In this document: piece after piece, positions 18,672 to 27,935 of the stretch
Numbering within the stretch: the stretch's first letter is position 1
Layout: every line of letters begins with the position of its first letter
Origin: Alphaproteobacteria bacterium
GTDB taxonomy: Bacteria; Pseudomonadota; Alphaproteobacteria; Micropepsales; Micropepsaceae
Length of the DNA: 64,000 bases
Reading direction: 5' to 3'
NCBI GenBank assembly: GCA_021324545.1
Contig: JAJPIX010000036.1
Location: 1,249-65,248 of the forward strand
The notes under the pieces: model-generated
The model's input: only the letters and a program-made list of their open reading frames with translations
Databases searched by the model: none
What the model was told of the DNA's origin: nothing
Position numbers and translations under genes: made by a program

Positions 18672-19709
18672 TTACGGCAACGAGGCGGGCGTGATGTTGG
18701 CCTTCCAGCTCTGGAAGATCGCGTCCTTCGTGCTTTGCGGCAGCGGCACGTAATCGAGGCTCTCCGCAAGGCTGTCGCCGTTCTGATAGGCCCATTGGAA
18801 GAATTTCAGCGCTTCCTTCTGGGCGGCGGCATCGGGCGGATTCTTGTAAACCAGAATGAACGTCGCACCCGATATCGGCCAGGCGTCGTGGCCGGGCTGG
18901 TTGGTGAGGATCACGTAGAAATCCTTCGAATGCGCCCAGTCCGTCCGGGCGGATGCCGCCTGGAATGCCGCGGCGGTCGGCGAAACCGCCACGCCGTCGT
19001 GGTTGATCATGCGCACATAGGTCAGGCTGTTCTGCTTGGCGTAGGCGTATTCGACATAGCCCAGCGCGCCGGATGTCTGCTTCACGTTGCCGGCGACGCC
19101 TTCGTTGCCTTTGGCGCCGATGCCGGCCGGCCACTGCACCGACGTGGCGGCGCCCACCTGGCTTGCCCACTGCGGATTCATTTTCGACAGGTAGTCGGTG
19201 AAGATGAAATTGGTGCCCGATCCGTCGGAGCGATGCACGATGGCGATGGCCTGATGGGGAAGATTGAGTTGCGGATTGAGTCTTTTGATCGCCGCGTCGT
19301 CCCAGTATTTGATGTTGCCGAGACAGATGTCGGCAAGCGTCTTGCCGTCGAGCACCATGTCGCCGGGCTTGATGCCGGCAACATTGATCACCGGCACGAC
19401 GCCGCCGATCACGGTCGGAAACTGGGTCAGGCCCGCCCCTTCCAGATCGCCCGGCGAAAGCGGCTTGTCGGACGCGCCGAAGGTGACCGTCTTGGCCTTG
19501 ATCTGCGCAATGCCGCCGCCGGATCCGATCGACTGGTAATTCAGGCCGATCCCTGTCTTGGCCTTATAGGCTTCCGCCCATTTGGCGTAGATCGGATAGG
19601 GAAACGTGGCGCCGGCGCCGGATATGTCGGCGGCGAGCGCTGCGGGCGCCGCGCAGGCGAGCGTCAGGGCCGCCGCGGCGCTGGCGAGAATCTTGAAATG
19701 CGGTTTCAT
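18672..19709 (-). CDS. pstS: phosphate-binding protein PstS
   Basis: 345 codons with a signal peptide and [17 protein letters not shown]...SIGSGGG motifs. Confidence 0.95.
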   Translation of the reverse strand: MKPHFKILASAAAALTLACAAPAALAADISGAGATFPYPIYAKWAEAYKAKTGIGLNYQSIGSGGGIAQIKAKTVTFGASDKPLSPGDLEGAGLTQFPTVIGGVVPVINVAGIKPGDMVLDGKTLADICLGNIKYWDDAAIKRLNPQLNLPHQAIAIVHRSDGSGTNFIFTDYLSKMNPQWASQVGAATSVQWPAGIGAKGNEGVAGNVKQTSGALGYVEYAYAKQNSLTYVRMINHDGVAVSPTAAAFQAASARTDWAHSKDFYVILTNQPGHDAWPISGATFILVYKNPPDAAAQKEALKFFQWAYQNGDSLAESLDYVPLPQSTKDAIFQSWKANITPASLP

Positions 19710-19814
19710 CAGCTACCTCATGCGAAAGGTGAAACGGCCGTCTGCGCCAAATTCGCAAGGAGCACCTGCCCCCACCCCCTCGGACGCCGGCCGCGCGCAT
19801 AACGGGCCGTTTCG

Positions 19815-19854
19815 ATTTAACGTCCATCACAGTTTTGCAAAGCTTTTGTGACAC
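19815..19854 (-). promoter_or_regulatory. candidate Pho box array upstream of pstS
   Basis: The minus strand reads GTGTCAC-AAAA-GCTTTGC-AAAA-CTGTGAT-GGAC-GTTAAAT. These are 7-mers with 11-bp periodicity, two of them 5/7 and 6/7 matches to CTGTCAT. The array lies about 105-145 nt upstream of the pstS ATG. Confidence 0.5.
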
Positions 19855-19875
19855 GGGGATACGGGCTTGAACCGC

Positions 19876-19913
19876 AAGGAAAAAGGCCATGGGCGATGGT
19901 TCGCCCATGGCCT
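19876..19913 (-). terminator. Rho-independent terminator downstream of 19931..20317
   Basis: Perfect 13-bp stem AGGCCATGGGCGA / TCGCCCATGGCCT (19884-19896 / 19901-19913) with a 4-nt loop. On the minus strand it is followed by TTTTTCC. Confidence 0.8.
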
Positions 19914-19930
19914 TCTGAAGCAGGCCTTTT

Positions 19931-20317
19931 TCAGCGGCCGGCGCTGATCGAAACGTCGAAGGTTTCGCCCAGGCTGTTCGTCACCGTCCAGCTGTCGCCG
20001 ACGTTGTGCTTTTCGAGCGGCGAGCAGCTTGTCTGCGGCGGCGGATTGGCGTTGGGAATATTGGGCGTAAGGCAGATCGTCTTGCCGCCGTCCTGGAGCG
20101 CCCATGTGCCGGAATAGGTGACGGGTTTTCCGTCCTTGTCGGTCGTATTGGCCGTGTAGGTGTTGTTCTGGTCAAACAGCAGCGTGCCCTGCACGCCGGT
20201 CGCTTTGTTGGTGGTGTGGACGGTGTTGCCATAGGTATTGGCCATCGGATCGTCGGCAAATGCCGATGCCGAGACAAAAACAAACGCGCTGGCCAGCGCC
20301 AAACTACGCCAATGCAT
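19931..20317 (-). CDS. small exported hypothetical protein
   Basis: 128 codons from ATG 20315-20317. Signal peptide MHWRSLALASAFVFVSASAFA. Thr/Asn-rich mature part with 2 Cys. Confidence 0.6.
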   Translation of the reverse strand: MHWRSLALASAFVFVSASAFADDPMANTYGNTVHTTNKATGVQGTLLFDQNNTYTANTTDKDGKPVTYSGTWALQDGGKTICLTPNIPNANPPPQTSCSPLEKHNVGDSWTVTNSLGETFDVSISAGR

Positions 20318-20456
20318 GAAATTCCTCCCTTTCGAAGTCCCCATTGCGTTCAAAAACCCGATAGCGGGTCCGCGCATATTAACCATTTTTTTGCGGCGCG
20401 TCGCGGCATCGCTTAAGTCTTTCTAAATCCGCGCGAAAGCCTAATGCCGCCCCGGG

Positions 20457-22685
20457 GTGGGGGATGGTTTCGGGTATTTCGTGATCGCGCGCGTCGGCAC
20501 CATATTGTTCGGCCTTGCCGCGGCTGCGATCGGCGCAGCCGCAATCGCCGATGTGTGGCTGCACGGGCGGCTGACGCTTTTTTCCCCCATCCTTCTGGCG
20601 CTGGTCGCCATGATCGGCGTGGCGCTTCTGTTCGCAAGCCTGAACGCCGCAAAGAAGCGCAATCGCGACCTGCAGCAGCGGACGGCCGAGCTTCACATGC
20701 TCGCCCAGCAGCTTGAACATTCGCTGCGCACCGTAAACGCCATCAATTCGCGCCTCAACGAAAGCGAAGCGCGATACAAGGGCCTTGTGGACGCGCAGGG
20801 CGACGCCATTTTCCGCCGCCTGCCCGACAGCCGGCTCACCTACGCCAATGACGCCTTCTTCAAGCTGTTCGGCATCCGGCCGCAGGACGCGATCGGCCGG
20901 CCCTTCGCGCCGGAACTCCATCCCGATTCCCGCGCGCCCCTGTTCGGCAGTTTCGGCGGAATCGAAACCGGCCATGCGCGCGTGCGCTATGACCAGCATG
21001 TGCGCACGGCGCATGGCTGGCGCTGGATCGCCTGGGAAGACTATGCGGTGCGCGACGCGTCGGGCCGGCTTGTGGAAATCCAGAGCGTGGGGCGCGACAT
21101 TACCGAGCGCAAGGCGCTGGAAGAGGCGCTGACCGAAGCGCGCGACCGGGCCGAGGGCGCCTCGCGCGCCAAATCCGGCTTCCTCGCCACCATGAGCCAT
21201 GAAATCCGCACGCCGATGAACGGCGTGCTTGGCATGGCGCGGCTGCTTCTGGAGACGCCGCTCAAGCCGGATCAGCGGGCCTATGCCGACGCCATCCGCC
21301 AGTCCGGCGAATCCCTGCTCAAGCTGATCGAGGACATTCTGGATTTCTCCAAGATCGAATCCGGCACCGTGACGCTGGATGAGGAAGACGTGGAGCTGCG
21401 GCCGCTGGTGGAAGGTGTTGCCGAACTTCTGGCGACGCGCGCCCATGCCAGGGACATCGAGCTTGTCTGCGTGTTCGCGCGCGATCTGCCGGGCACGGTG
21501 CGCACGGACGGCATGCGCCTGCGGCAGATCCTGACCAATCTGGCCGGCAACGCGGTGAAGTTCACCGAACAGGGCGGCGTGCGCATCGATGTGCGCATGA
21601 CCGATGCGCATGACAGGCGCCGGCTCCGCTTCGAAGTGCGCGACACCGGCGTGGGCGTGCCGCCGGAAAAGCAGGCGGAAATCTTCAACGAATTCGTGCA
21701 GGCCGATTCGAGCCATGCGCGCAAATTCGGCGGCTCGGGCCTTGGCCTTGCCATCTCGCGCAGGCTCGTGGAAGCCATGGGCGGCAGCATCGGCGTTGAA
21801 GCGGCGGCAGGCCGCGGCAGCCTGTTCTGGTTCGAGATCCCGGCCATCGCTGCGCAGACAAGCGGCCCGGAGCTGGCGCAGACCGATCTGAACATCGCCA
21901 TCGTGGCGCGCAACCAGATGTTGCGCGAAGGCCTTGCGGCGCAGATTGCCGCCTCCGGCGGCAGCGTGGTCCCCATGTCCGGCAGCCATGTCGATCTGTT
22001 GCTGGTCGATGCGGGCACGGGCGCAAAACCCGACCTGCCGGTCCGGCCGGACGGCCGCACGCCCGCGCTGGTGCTGATCGCCCCGGCCGCGCGCGGCGCG
22101 CTGGACGAACTGAAGCAACTGGGATTTGCGGGCTATCTGATCAAGCCGGTGCGTCAGGCCACGCTTGTGGAGCGCCTCAACCGCCATAATCTTCCGGATG
22201 GGCGCGCTTTGGCCCCGCAATCGCCTGCGGCCAATGAACCGCAAGATTTCGCCCCTGCCCCTCCGCCGGTCGCGACCGGCGCGCTGCATATCCTTCTTGC
22301 GGAGGACAACCCCGTGAACGCCATGCTGGTGCGCGAACTGCTGCGCCGGCGCGGCCACAGCATCGAGACGGTGGAATCCGGCCAGGGCGCCATCGCCGCC
22401 CTTGCGAGGGAGTTTTTCGATCTGGTCCTGACCGACATCCACATGCCGGGGCTCGACGGCATTGAGGCCGCCCGGCGAATCCGCGAGATGGAACGCCATG
22501 AAGGCCGGCCGCGCACGCCGATCGTGGCGTTGACCGCCGATGCGCTGGAAACCGGAAAACGCGCTTGCCAGGACGCGGGCATGGATGGTTTTCTGACCAA
22601 ACCCGTGGACCCGGCGGAGCTTGACGCCATGCTGCAGCATCTTTTCCCGGCCAGTGCGGAACGCGGCCGCAGCGACGCCGCATGA
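20457..22685 (+). CDS. hybrid sensor histidine kinase / response regulator
   Basis: Two N-terminal TM helices, a coiled coil and a PAS-like segment. H-box SHEIRTPMNGVLG and ATPase boxes NLAGNAVKFT, DTGVGV, GGSGLGLAI. A degenerate receiver-like segment is followed by a canonical REC (LLAEDNPVN, DLVLTDIHMPGLDG, TKP). The start is GTG and is uncertain. Confidence 0.9.
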   Translation: MGDGFGYFVIARVGTILFGLAAAAIGAAAIADVWLHGRLTLFSPILLALVAMIGVALLFASLNAAKKRNRDLQQRTAELHMLAQQLEHSLRTVNAINSRLNESEARYKGLVDAQGDAIFRRLPDSRLTYANDAFFKLFGIRPQDAIGRPFAPELHPDSRAPLFGSFGGIETGHARVRYDQHVRTAHGWRWIAWEDYAVRDASGRLVEIQSVGRDITERKALEEALTEARDRAEGASRAKSGFLATMSHEIRTPMNGVLGMARLLLETPLKPDQRAYADAIRQSGESLLKLIEDILDFSKIESGTVTLDEEDVELRPLVEGVAELLATRAHARDIELVCVFARDLPGTVRTDGMRLRQILTNLAGNAVKFTEQGGVRIDVRMTDAHDRRRLRFEVRDTGVGVPPEKQAEIFNEFVQADSSHARKFGGSGLGLAISRRLVEAMGGSIGVEAAAGRGSLFWFEIPAIAAQTSGPELAQTDLNIAIVARNQMLREGLAAQIAASGGSVVPMSGSHVDLLLVDAGTGAKPDLPVRPDGRTPALVLIAPAARGALDELKQLGFAGYLIKPVRQATLVERLNRHNLPDGRALAPQSPAANEPQDFAPAPPPVATGALHILLAEDNPVNAMLVRELLRRRGHSIETVESGQGAIAALAREFFDLVLTDIHMPGLDGIEAARRIREMERHEGRPRTPIVALTADALETGKRACQDAGMDGFLTKPVDPAELDAMLQHLFPASAERGRSDAA

Positions 22686-24025
22686 CCACAGCAACCGCGC
22701 CCGCGCACAAGCACGGCTTTGAGGACTATCTGAAACCGCGCACCCTGGTGATGCTGGTGCTGGGGTTTTCTTCGGGACTTCCCTTCCTGCTTGTCGGCAA
22801 CACCTTCGGCTACTGGCTGCGCGACGAAGGCACCTCGCTCACGGCCATCGGCTTTCTCTCCTGGGTGGGGATCGCCTATTCGCTGAAATTTCTCTGGGCG
22901 CCGGTCATCGACCGCACGGACCTTCCGGTTTTCGGAAGGCTCGGCCATCGCAGGGGCTGGATTCTTTTTTCGCAGATCATCGTGGGTCTTTCGCTGATCG
23001 CAATGGCCCTTGCGGGAACCGCCGGCGGGCTTGCGCTGCTGGGCGCCTTTGCGCTGGCCACCGCGTTTGCCTCTTCCACGCAGGACATCGTGATCGATGC
23101 CTGGCGCATCGAGGCCGCCGAGGACGGCCGCGAGCTCGGGCTTCTGTCGTCGGCCTACCAGTTCGGCTATCGCGTGGCGCTTCTTGCCACCGACGCGCTG
23201 ATCCTGATCGTGGCGGCGGGGATCGGCTGGCGGCTTTCCTATGCGGTGTACGGGCTTCTGATGGCCGCGGGCGTTGCGGCAACCCTGTTCGCCGCAGAGC
23301 CTGCGCGCGCCAAAGCGGTGACGGATGCAAAGCTTCGCGAGGCGCCGCTCTGGAGCCTTCGCGGATTCTTCGACGCGGTTGTCGGCCCGTTCATCGCCTT
23401 CTTCCGCGCGCACGGGTGGCTTGCGTTCCTGATGCTTGGCGCCATCAGCCTTTACCGCCTTCCGGATTTCGTGATGGGGCCGATGGCCAATCCGTTCTAT
23501 CACGACATCGGGCTGTCGAAGGAAATGGTGGGCGCGGTGCGCGGCTCGATCGGCCTTGTCGCGTCGCTTGCGGGAATCGCGGCGGGCGGATTCTGCGCGC
23601 TCAAGCTCGGCTACATGCGCGCGCTCATCATCGGGGGAATCGCGCAGGCGCTGTCGGTGGCGGCCTTCGCAAGCCTTGCCTATGCGGGGCCGAACTTTCC
23701 GCTGTTCGCCGCGGTGATGGCCGGCGACAATTTCGGAACAAGTTTCGCCGGCGTTGCCCTTGTCGCATATATGTCAAGCTTGACGAGCCTGGGCTACACG
23801 GCCACGCAATATGCGCTTCTGAGTTCGACCTATGCCTGGCTCGGCAAGATCCTCAAGGGATTTTCCGGCGCCACCGTCGAAGCGCTGGGCGCAACGCACG
23901 GGCTGGTGCATGCCTACGGCATCTTCTTTGTGGGCGCGGGCCTTATCGGGGTGCCCGCCATCATCCTGTTCGCCGCCCTTGGCCTGTGGCAGAGGCGCAT
24001 GGGGCCAGCTGCCGTCGCGGCCTGA
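22682..24025 (+). CDS. ampG: AmpG-family muropeptide MFS permease
   Basis: 447 codons. LGFSSGLPFLLVGNTFGYWLRDEG, WAPVIDR and DAWRIE are typical of AmpG. ATGA overlap with the kinase stop. Confidence 0.85.
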   Translation: MTTATAPAHKHGFEDYLKPRTLVMLVLGFSSGLPFLLVGNTFGYWLRDEGTSLTAIGFLSWVGIAYSLKFLWAPVIDRTDLPVFGRLGHRRGWILFSQIIVGLSLIAMALAGTAGGLALLGAFALATAFASSTQDIVIDAWRIEAAEDGRELGLLSSAYQFGYRVALLATDALILIVAAGIGWRLSYAVYGLLMAAGVAATLFAAEPARAKAVTDAKLREAPLWSLRGFFDAVVGPFIAFFRAHGWLAFLMLGAISLYRLPDFVMGPMANPFYHDIGLSKEMVGAVRGSIGLVASLAGIAAGGFCALKLGYMRALIIGGIAQALSVAAFASLAYAGPNFPLFAAVMAGDNFGTSFAGVALVAYMSSLTSLGYTATQYALLSSTYAWLGKILKGFSGATVEALGATHGLVHAYGIFFVGAGLIGVPAIILFAALGLWQRRMGPAAVAA

Positions 24026-24138
24026 ATCATGACTTTTGTTAGCCAATATGGCCGGGCCGGTTTGGCGCTCTCTGGCGCTTTATTGTAAAATGCCGTCTTC
24101 GCGCGGCTCTTGCGGGGCGCGGTTCCCTTTAAGGACAC

Positions 24139-24984
24139 ATGGTCAACATACACGAACCTGGCCCGCTGGAAGGGCAACTCGACCAATGGCCGGTGCTGGC
24201 GACATCGGCGTCGCTCGAAGTGCGGCTGGCCGAGACCGAGGCCGAGGTAGAGGCGGCCCAGCGGCTGCGCTATCGCGTCTTCTATGAAGAGATGAACGCC
24301 GTGCCCACGCCCGCCATGCGTGACGCGCGCCGCGATTTCGACCGCTTTGACGAGGTGTGCGATCACATGCTCGTGGTGGATCGCGAAGTGCTGGATGAGG
24401 ACGGCCAGCCCGCGGTGGTGGGCACCTACCGGCTGATGCGCGACGAATATGCCAAGCGCGCGGGCGGCTTTTATACGGCGGGCGAATACGACATCGCCGG
24501 CATGCTCGCGGGCCTGCCCGGGGATTGCCGGCTTCTGGAGCTCGGCCGTTCCTGCATCCTGAAAAGCCACCGCGCCAGGCCCGCAACCATGCAGCTTCTG
24601 TGGCGCGGCGTGATGGTTTACGTGGTGCGCTTTTCCATCGACCTGATGTTCGGCTGCGCCTCTTTCGCGGGCACCGATCCGTCGGCGCTGAAACTTCCGC
24701 TATCCTATCTGCATCACTTTCATCCGATGCCCGACGGCGCGCGCGTTCGCGCCAGGCCCGAGCTTTATGTGGACATGAACCTGATGCCCAAAGAGGCGAT
24801 CGATCCGAAAGAGGCCCTGCGCGCGGTGCCGCCCATCATCAAGGGCTATATCCGCGCGGGCGCCTCGATCGGCGACGGCGCGGTGATCGACCGGCAGTTC
24901 GCCACCACCGACGTGTTCATCTATTTCCCGGTCGCCAGGATCAACGCGCGCTACAGAAGCCGCTTCGGCAGGTCGGTGGCCTAG
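24139..24984 (+). CDS. GNAT-like N-acyltransferase of the OlsB (ornithine lipid / lyso-lipid N-acyltransferase, hemolysin-like) type
   Basis: 281 codons. AQRLRYRVFYEEM...GTYRLM...ELGRSC pattern of the Acetyltransf_5/OlsB family. Confidence 0.7.
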   Translation: MVNIHEPGPLEGQLDQWPVLATSASLEVRLAETEAEVEAAQRLRYRVFYEEMNAVPTPAMRDARRDFDRFDEVCDHMLVVDREVLDEDGQPAVVGTYRLMRDEYAKRAGGFYTAGEYDIAGMLAGLPGDCRLLELGRSCILKSHRARPATMQLLWRGVMVYVVRFSIDLMFGCASFAGTDPSALKLPLSYLHHFHPMPDGARVRARPELYVDMNLMPKEAIDPKEALRAVPPIIKGYIRAGASIGDGAVIDRQFATTDVFIYFPVARINARYRSRFGRSVA

Positions 24985-25679
24985 GCCATATCGAACAGCA
25001 GCAGTTCCGACGGCTTGAGCGCGTGCACATCCACCCGCGCCGCATCGGTGATGGCAGCGCCGTCGCCCGCCTTCAGAACCGTGTCATCGACCCGGATTTC
25101 GCCGGAGGCGAGCTGCAGCCAGATCATGCGGCCGGTGTCCACTTCGTGCAGCGCGCGCGCATCGGCATCGAGCCTGGCCGCCCAGATATGGGCGTCCTGC
25201 ACGATGTGCACTTCATTCTCGCGCGGATCGGGGGCGGCAATGCGCCCGAAGCGGTTGTGAACGAGCAGGGGATCGATCGTCTTCTGCTCATAGCCGGGCG
25301 TGAGGTCGGCCTTGGCGGGCAGAACCCAGATCTGCAGCAAATGACAGGGCCGCTCCCGGCTGGCGTTGAACTCGCTGTGCACGATGCCGGTGCCCGCGCT
25401 CATTTTCTGGATTTCGCCGGGGCGGATGACGCCCTTGCCGCCGGTGGAATCCTGGTGCGCGAGCGCCCCCGACAGCACATAGGTGACGATTTCCATGTCG
25501 CGGTGGGGATGGGGCGGAAATCCCGCCCCGGCCGCCACGACGTCTTCGTTGATGACACGCAACGGGCCGAAATGCATATGGCCGGGATCGCGGTAATCGG
25601 CGAAGGAAAAGCTGTGCCGGCTGTCCAGCCAGCTCGTGCGGGTGATCCCGCGGTCTTCGGACTTTCGGATGGTGAGCAT
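24981..25679 (-). CDS. pirin family protein
   Basis: 232 codons from ATG 25677-25679. FSFADY...GFPPHPHRDMEIVTYVLSG...GDIQ-like cupin motifs. Confidence 0.9.
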   Translation of the reverse strand: MLTIRKSEDRGITRTSWLDSRHSFSFADYRDPGHMHFGPLRVINEDVVAAGAGFPPHPHRDMEIVTYVLSGALAHQDSTGGKGVIRPGEIQKMSAGTGIVHSEFNASRERPCHLLQIWVLPAKADLTPGYEQKTIDPLLVHNRFGRIAAPDPRENEVHIVQDAHIWAARLDADARALHEVDTGRMIWLQLASGEIRVDDTVLKAGDGAAITDAARVDVHALKPSELLLFDMA

Positions 25680-25758
25680 GATCTCTCCAGGGCCCGGATG
25701 TGGGACCCCATAGATAATCATTCTGTCAAGGGCCGGATGCAGCGGACCTGTTATTCCG

Positions 25759-26700
25759 TCATTTCAGCCGTTTTTCGATGGCGTCCCACAGAAGCACCGC
25801 GATGTCCGGGCCGCCGAACCGTTTGACCTCCCAGATGCCGGTGGGCGAGGTGACGTTGATCTCGGTCAGGTATTCGCCGATCACGTCGATCCCGGTGAAC
25901 AAAAGGCCCCTCTTCTTCAGCTCCGGCCCCAGCGCCCTGCAGATCTCCTTCTCGCGGGCGGAAAGCGTGCTTGGCTCGGCCTTGCCGCCCACATGCAGGT
26001 TGGAACGCGCTTCGCCCGCCTGCGGCACGCGGTTGAAGGCGCCGGCGAATTCCCCGTCCACCAGGATGATGCGCTTGTCGCCCCTGCGCACCTCCGGCAC
26101 GTAGCGCTGCACGATGATGGGCTCGCGATAGAAGGTGGTGAACATCTCCAGCATCGCGATCAGGTTTTCATCGTCCGGCTTGACGCGGAAAACGCCCGCG
26201 CCGCCGTTGCCGTAGAGCGGCTTGAGGATGATGTCCCTGTGCTGCTCGCGGAAAGACCTGATTTCGGCCCGGTCGGATGTGATGAGCGTGGGCGGCATCA
26301 AATCTTTGAACAGCGTGACGAACAGCTTTTCCGGCGCGTTGCGGACATGGAAGGGATCGTTCACCACCAGCGTCTTCGGCTGGATGCGCTCCAGAATATG
26401 GGTTGCCGTGATGTAGGCCATGTCGAAGGGCGGGTCCTGCCGCATCAGCACGACGTCGGCCTTCGACAGGTCAAGGCGCTGAACCTCGCCCAGCGAAAAA
26501 TGGTCGCCCTTCACATTCTTCACCTTCAGCGGAAAGGCGCGTGCGGTGATGGCGCCGTCGCGGAAGGTGAGATCGCGCGGCCCATAGTAGAAAAGATCAT
26601 GGCCGCGCGCCTGCGCTTCCATCGCCAGCGCGAAAGTGGAATCGGCGGTGATATCGATGCGCTCGATCGGGTCCATCTGGATCGCAACCGCAAGCGCCAT
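25759..26700 (-). CDS. gshB: glutathione synthetase
   Basis: 313 codons. [29 protein letters not shown]-grasp region [14 protein letters not shown], and [11 protein letters not shown]. Confidence 0.95.
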   Translation of the reverse strand: MALAVAIQMDPIERIDITADSTFALAMEAQARGHDLFYYGPRDLTFRDGAITARAFPLKVKNVKGDHFSLGEVQRLDLSKADVVLMRQDPPFDMAYITATHILERIQPKTLVVNDPFHVRNAPEKLFVTLFKDLMPPTLITSDRAEIRSFREQHRDIILKPLYGNGGAGVFRVKPDDENLIAMLEMFTTFYREPIIVQRYVPEVRRGDKRIILVDGEFAGAFNRVPQAGEARSNLHVGGKAEPSTLSAREKEICRALGPELKKRGLLFTGIDVIGEYLTEINVTSPTGIWEVKRFGGPDIAVLLWDAIEKRLK

Positions 26701-26709
26701 GGGAATCTC

Positions 26710-27537
26710 CTAATTCAGGCGGCGCTTGAGGGCGCCCATGCCGAGGGCCGCATCGTTGTAAAGTGCAGTGCCGGATTTGGCGAGAGACAGGCAGGCCTCA
26801 TAGGCCTTCTGCGCCGCGCCCAGGGCGCCGGCCTGCTCGTTCAGGCGCGCCAGGTCCAGCCACAGTTCGGCGCGGCGCGGCGCGATCAGCACCATCCGTT
26901 TGGCGACTTCCAGCGCCCGGGCGCGGGCGCCGGTTTGCAGCGCGCGCAGCTTGAGATTGTTCTGCAGGCGCAGAAGAACATCGGTGTCGCCGACGGCTTC
27001 GAACATTCCGGGATTGTCGGCGGCAGGCCCGCTCATGGCGGGCGGCCCGCCCAGGCGCTCCGGATCGACAGCCGCGCCGCCGTTGAAGGGATCGATCAGC
27101 GCTTCGCCGCCCTTGCCTTGGATGCGCAGCAGGAAATGGCCCGGCGAACTGAGGCCCGAGGCCTGCAGCCCGCCGGCGCGCGCGGCATGGAGATAGAGAA
27201 TGCCCAGCGCCACGGGCAGCCCCCGGCGCCGGTCAATCACCGCGATCAGGTCGGCATTCTGCGGATCGTCATAGGCCATGCGGTCGCCTTCATAGCCGTA
27301 ACGCCCCGCCATCAGGCGCGCGAGCGCGCGCGCGGTCTCCATGGCGCTGCGCGTAAAGCGCAACTCCGCGCCGGCCACTTCGGCGATTTCGGCCAGGTGC
27401 GCGCGATAGGGCTGAAGCGGCCGGGCGGAATGATCGAGCGCGGCGAGCATGAGCGCGGCCGTGGCAATATCGTGCGGGCCGTCGCCGGCTTCGCCCAGCG
27501 CGCGCAGATAATCGGCCGGATCCTTGTCCGCGCTCAT
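26710..27537 (-). CDS. transglutaminase-like / TPR protein (SirB1/YchA-like)
   Basis: 275 codons from ATG 27535-27537. N-terminal transglutaminase-like segment (GLPVALGILYLHAARAGGL...PGHFLLRI) with a C-terminal TPR-like helical part. Confidence 0.6.
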   Translation of the reverse strand: MSADKDPADYLRALGEAGDGPHDIATAALMLAALDHSARPLQPYRAHLAEIAEVAGAELRFTRSAMETARALARLMAGRYGYEGDRMAYDDPQNADLIAVIDRRRGLPVALGILYLHAARAGGLQASGLSSPGHFLLRIQGKGGEALIDPFNGGAAVDPERLGGPPAMSGPAADNPGMFEAVGDTDVLLRLQNNLKLRALQTGARARALEVAKRMVLIAPRRAELWLDLARLNEQAGALGAAQKAYEACLSLAKSGTALYNDAALGMGALKRRLN

Positions 27538-27551
27538 GGGGCAAGCTTGCC

Positions 27552-27935
27552 TCAACCACCTTGGGGCCGCCAAGCGTCGGCGATATGCCGCGGCAGGCGC
27601 CCCCGCGCCACCGCGATCATGTCGAAGCGCACAGGCCGGCCCGAAAGCCGGGGCCGCAAGGCCAGAAACGCGCGGGCGGCGCGCGCAATCCGCTCCCGCT
27701 GGCGGGCCGAAAGCGATTCCACGGCGTTGCGCGCGGTGTCGCGCGCCTTGACCTCGACAAAGCAGACGGCACCCCGGGGCGACAGCGCCACCAGGTCGAT
27801 TTCGCCCAGCGGCGTGCGCGCGCGCCGGGCGATGATGCGGTAGCCCTTCAGCATCAGAAGAACCACCGCGGCGGTTTCGCTGCGCCGCCCGTGCCGTTCG
27901 GCCTGGCGGCGCCTGTCAGAGGCGGCCTCAGCCAA
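27552..27935 (-). CDS. yraN: YraN family endonuclease-like protein (UPF0102)
   Basis: LKGYRIIARRARTPLGEIDLVA...VCFVEVKAR matches the YraN core. The apparent start is TTG, 8 nt inside the end of rsmI. Confidence 0.8.
   Translation of the reverse strand: MAEAASDRRRQAERHGRRSETAAVVLLMLKGYRIIARRARTPLGEIDLVALSPRGAVCFVEVKARDTARNAVESLSARQRERIARAARAFLALRPRLSGRPVRFDMIAVARGRLPRHIADAWRPQGG

Noticed and set aside
20413-20427. TTAA-N7-TAAA, a CtrA-box-like sequence upstream of the histidine kinase
   Set aside because: It has one mismatch to TTAA-N7-TTAA and is a single occurrence in an AT-richer patch, which is too weak to call.
20379-22694. 771-codon minus-strand ORF, the longest in the window
   Set aside because: It is exactly antisense to the hybrid histidine kinase, whose H, N and G boxes and REC motifs are unambiguous. 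It is Arg/Ala/Gly-rich with no domain signature.
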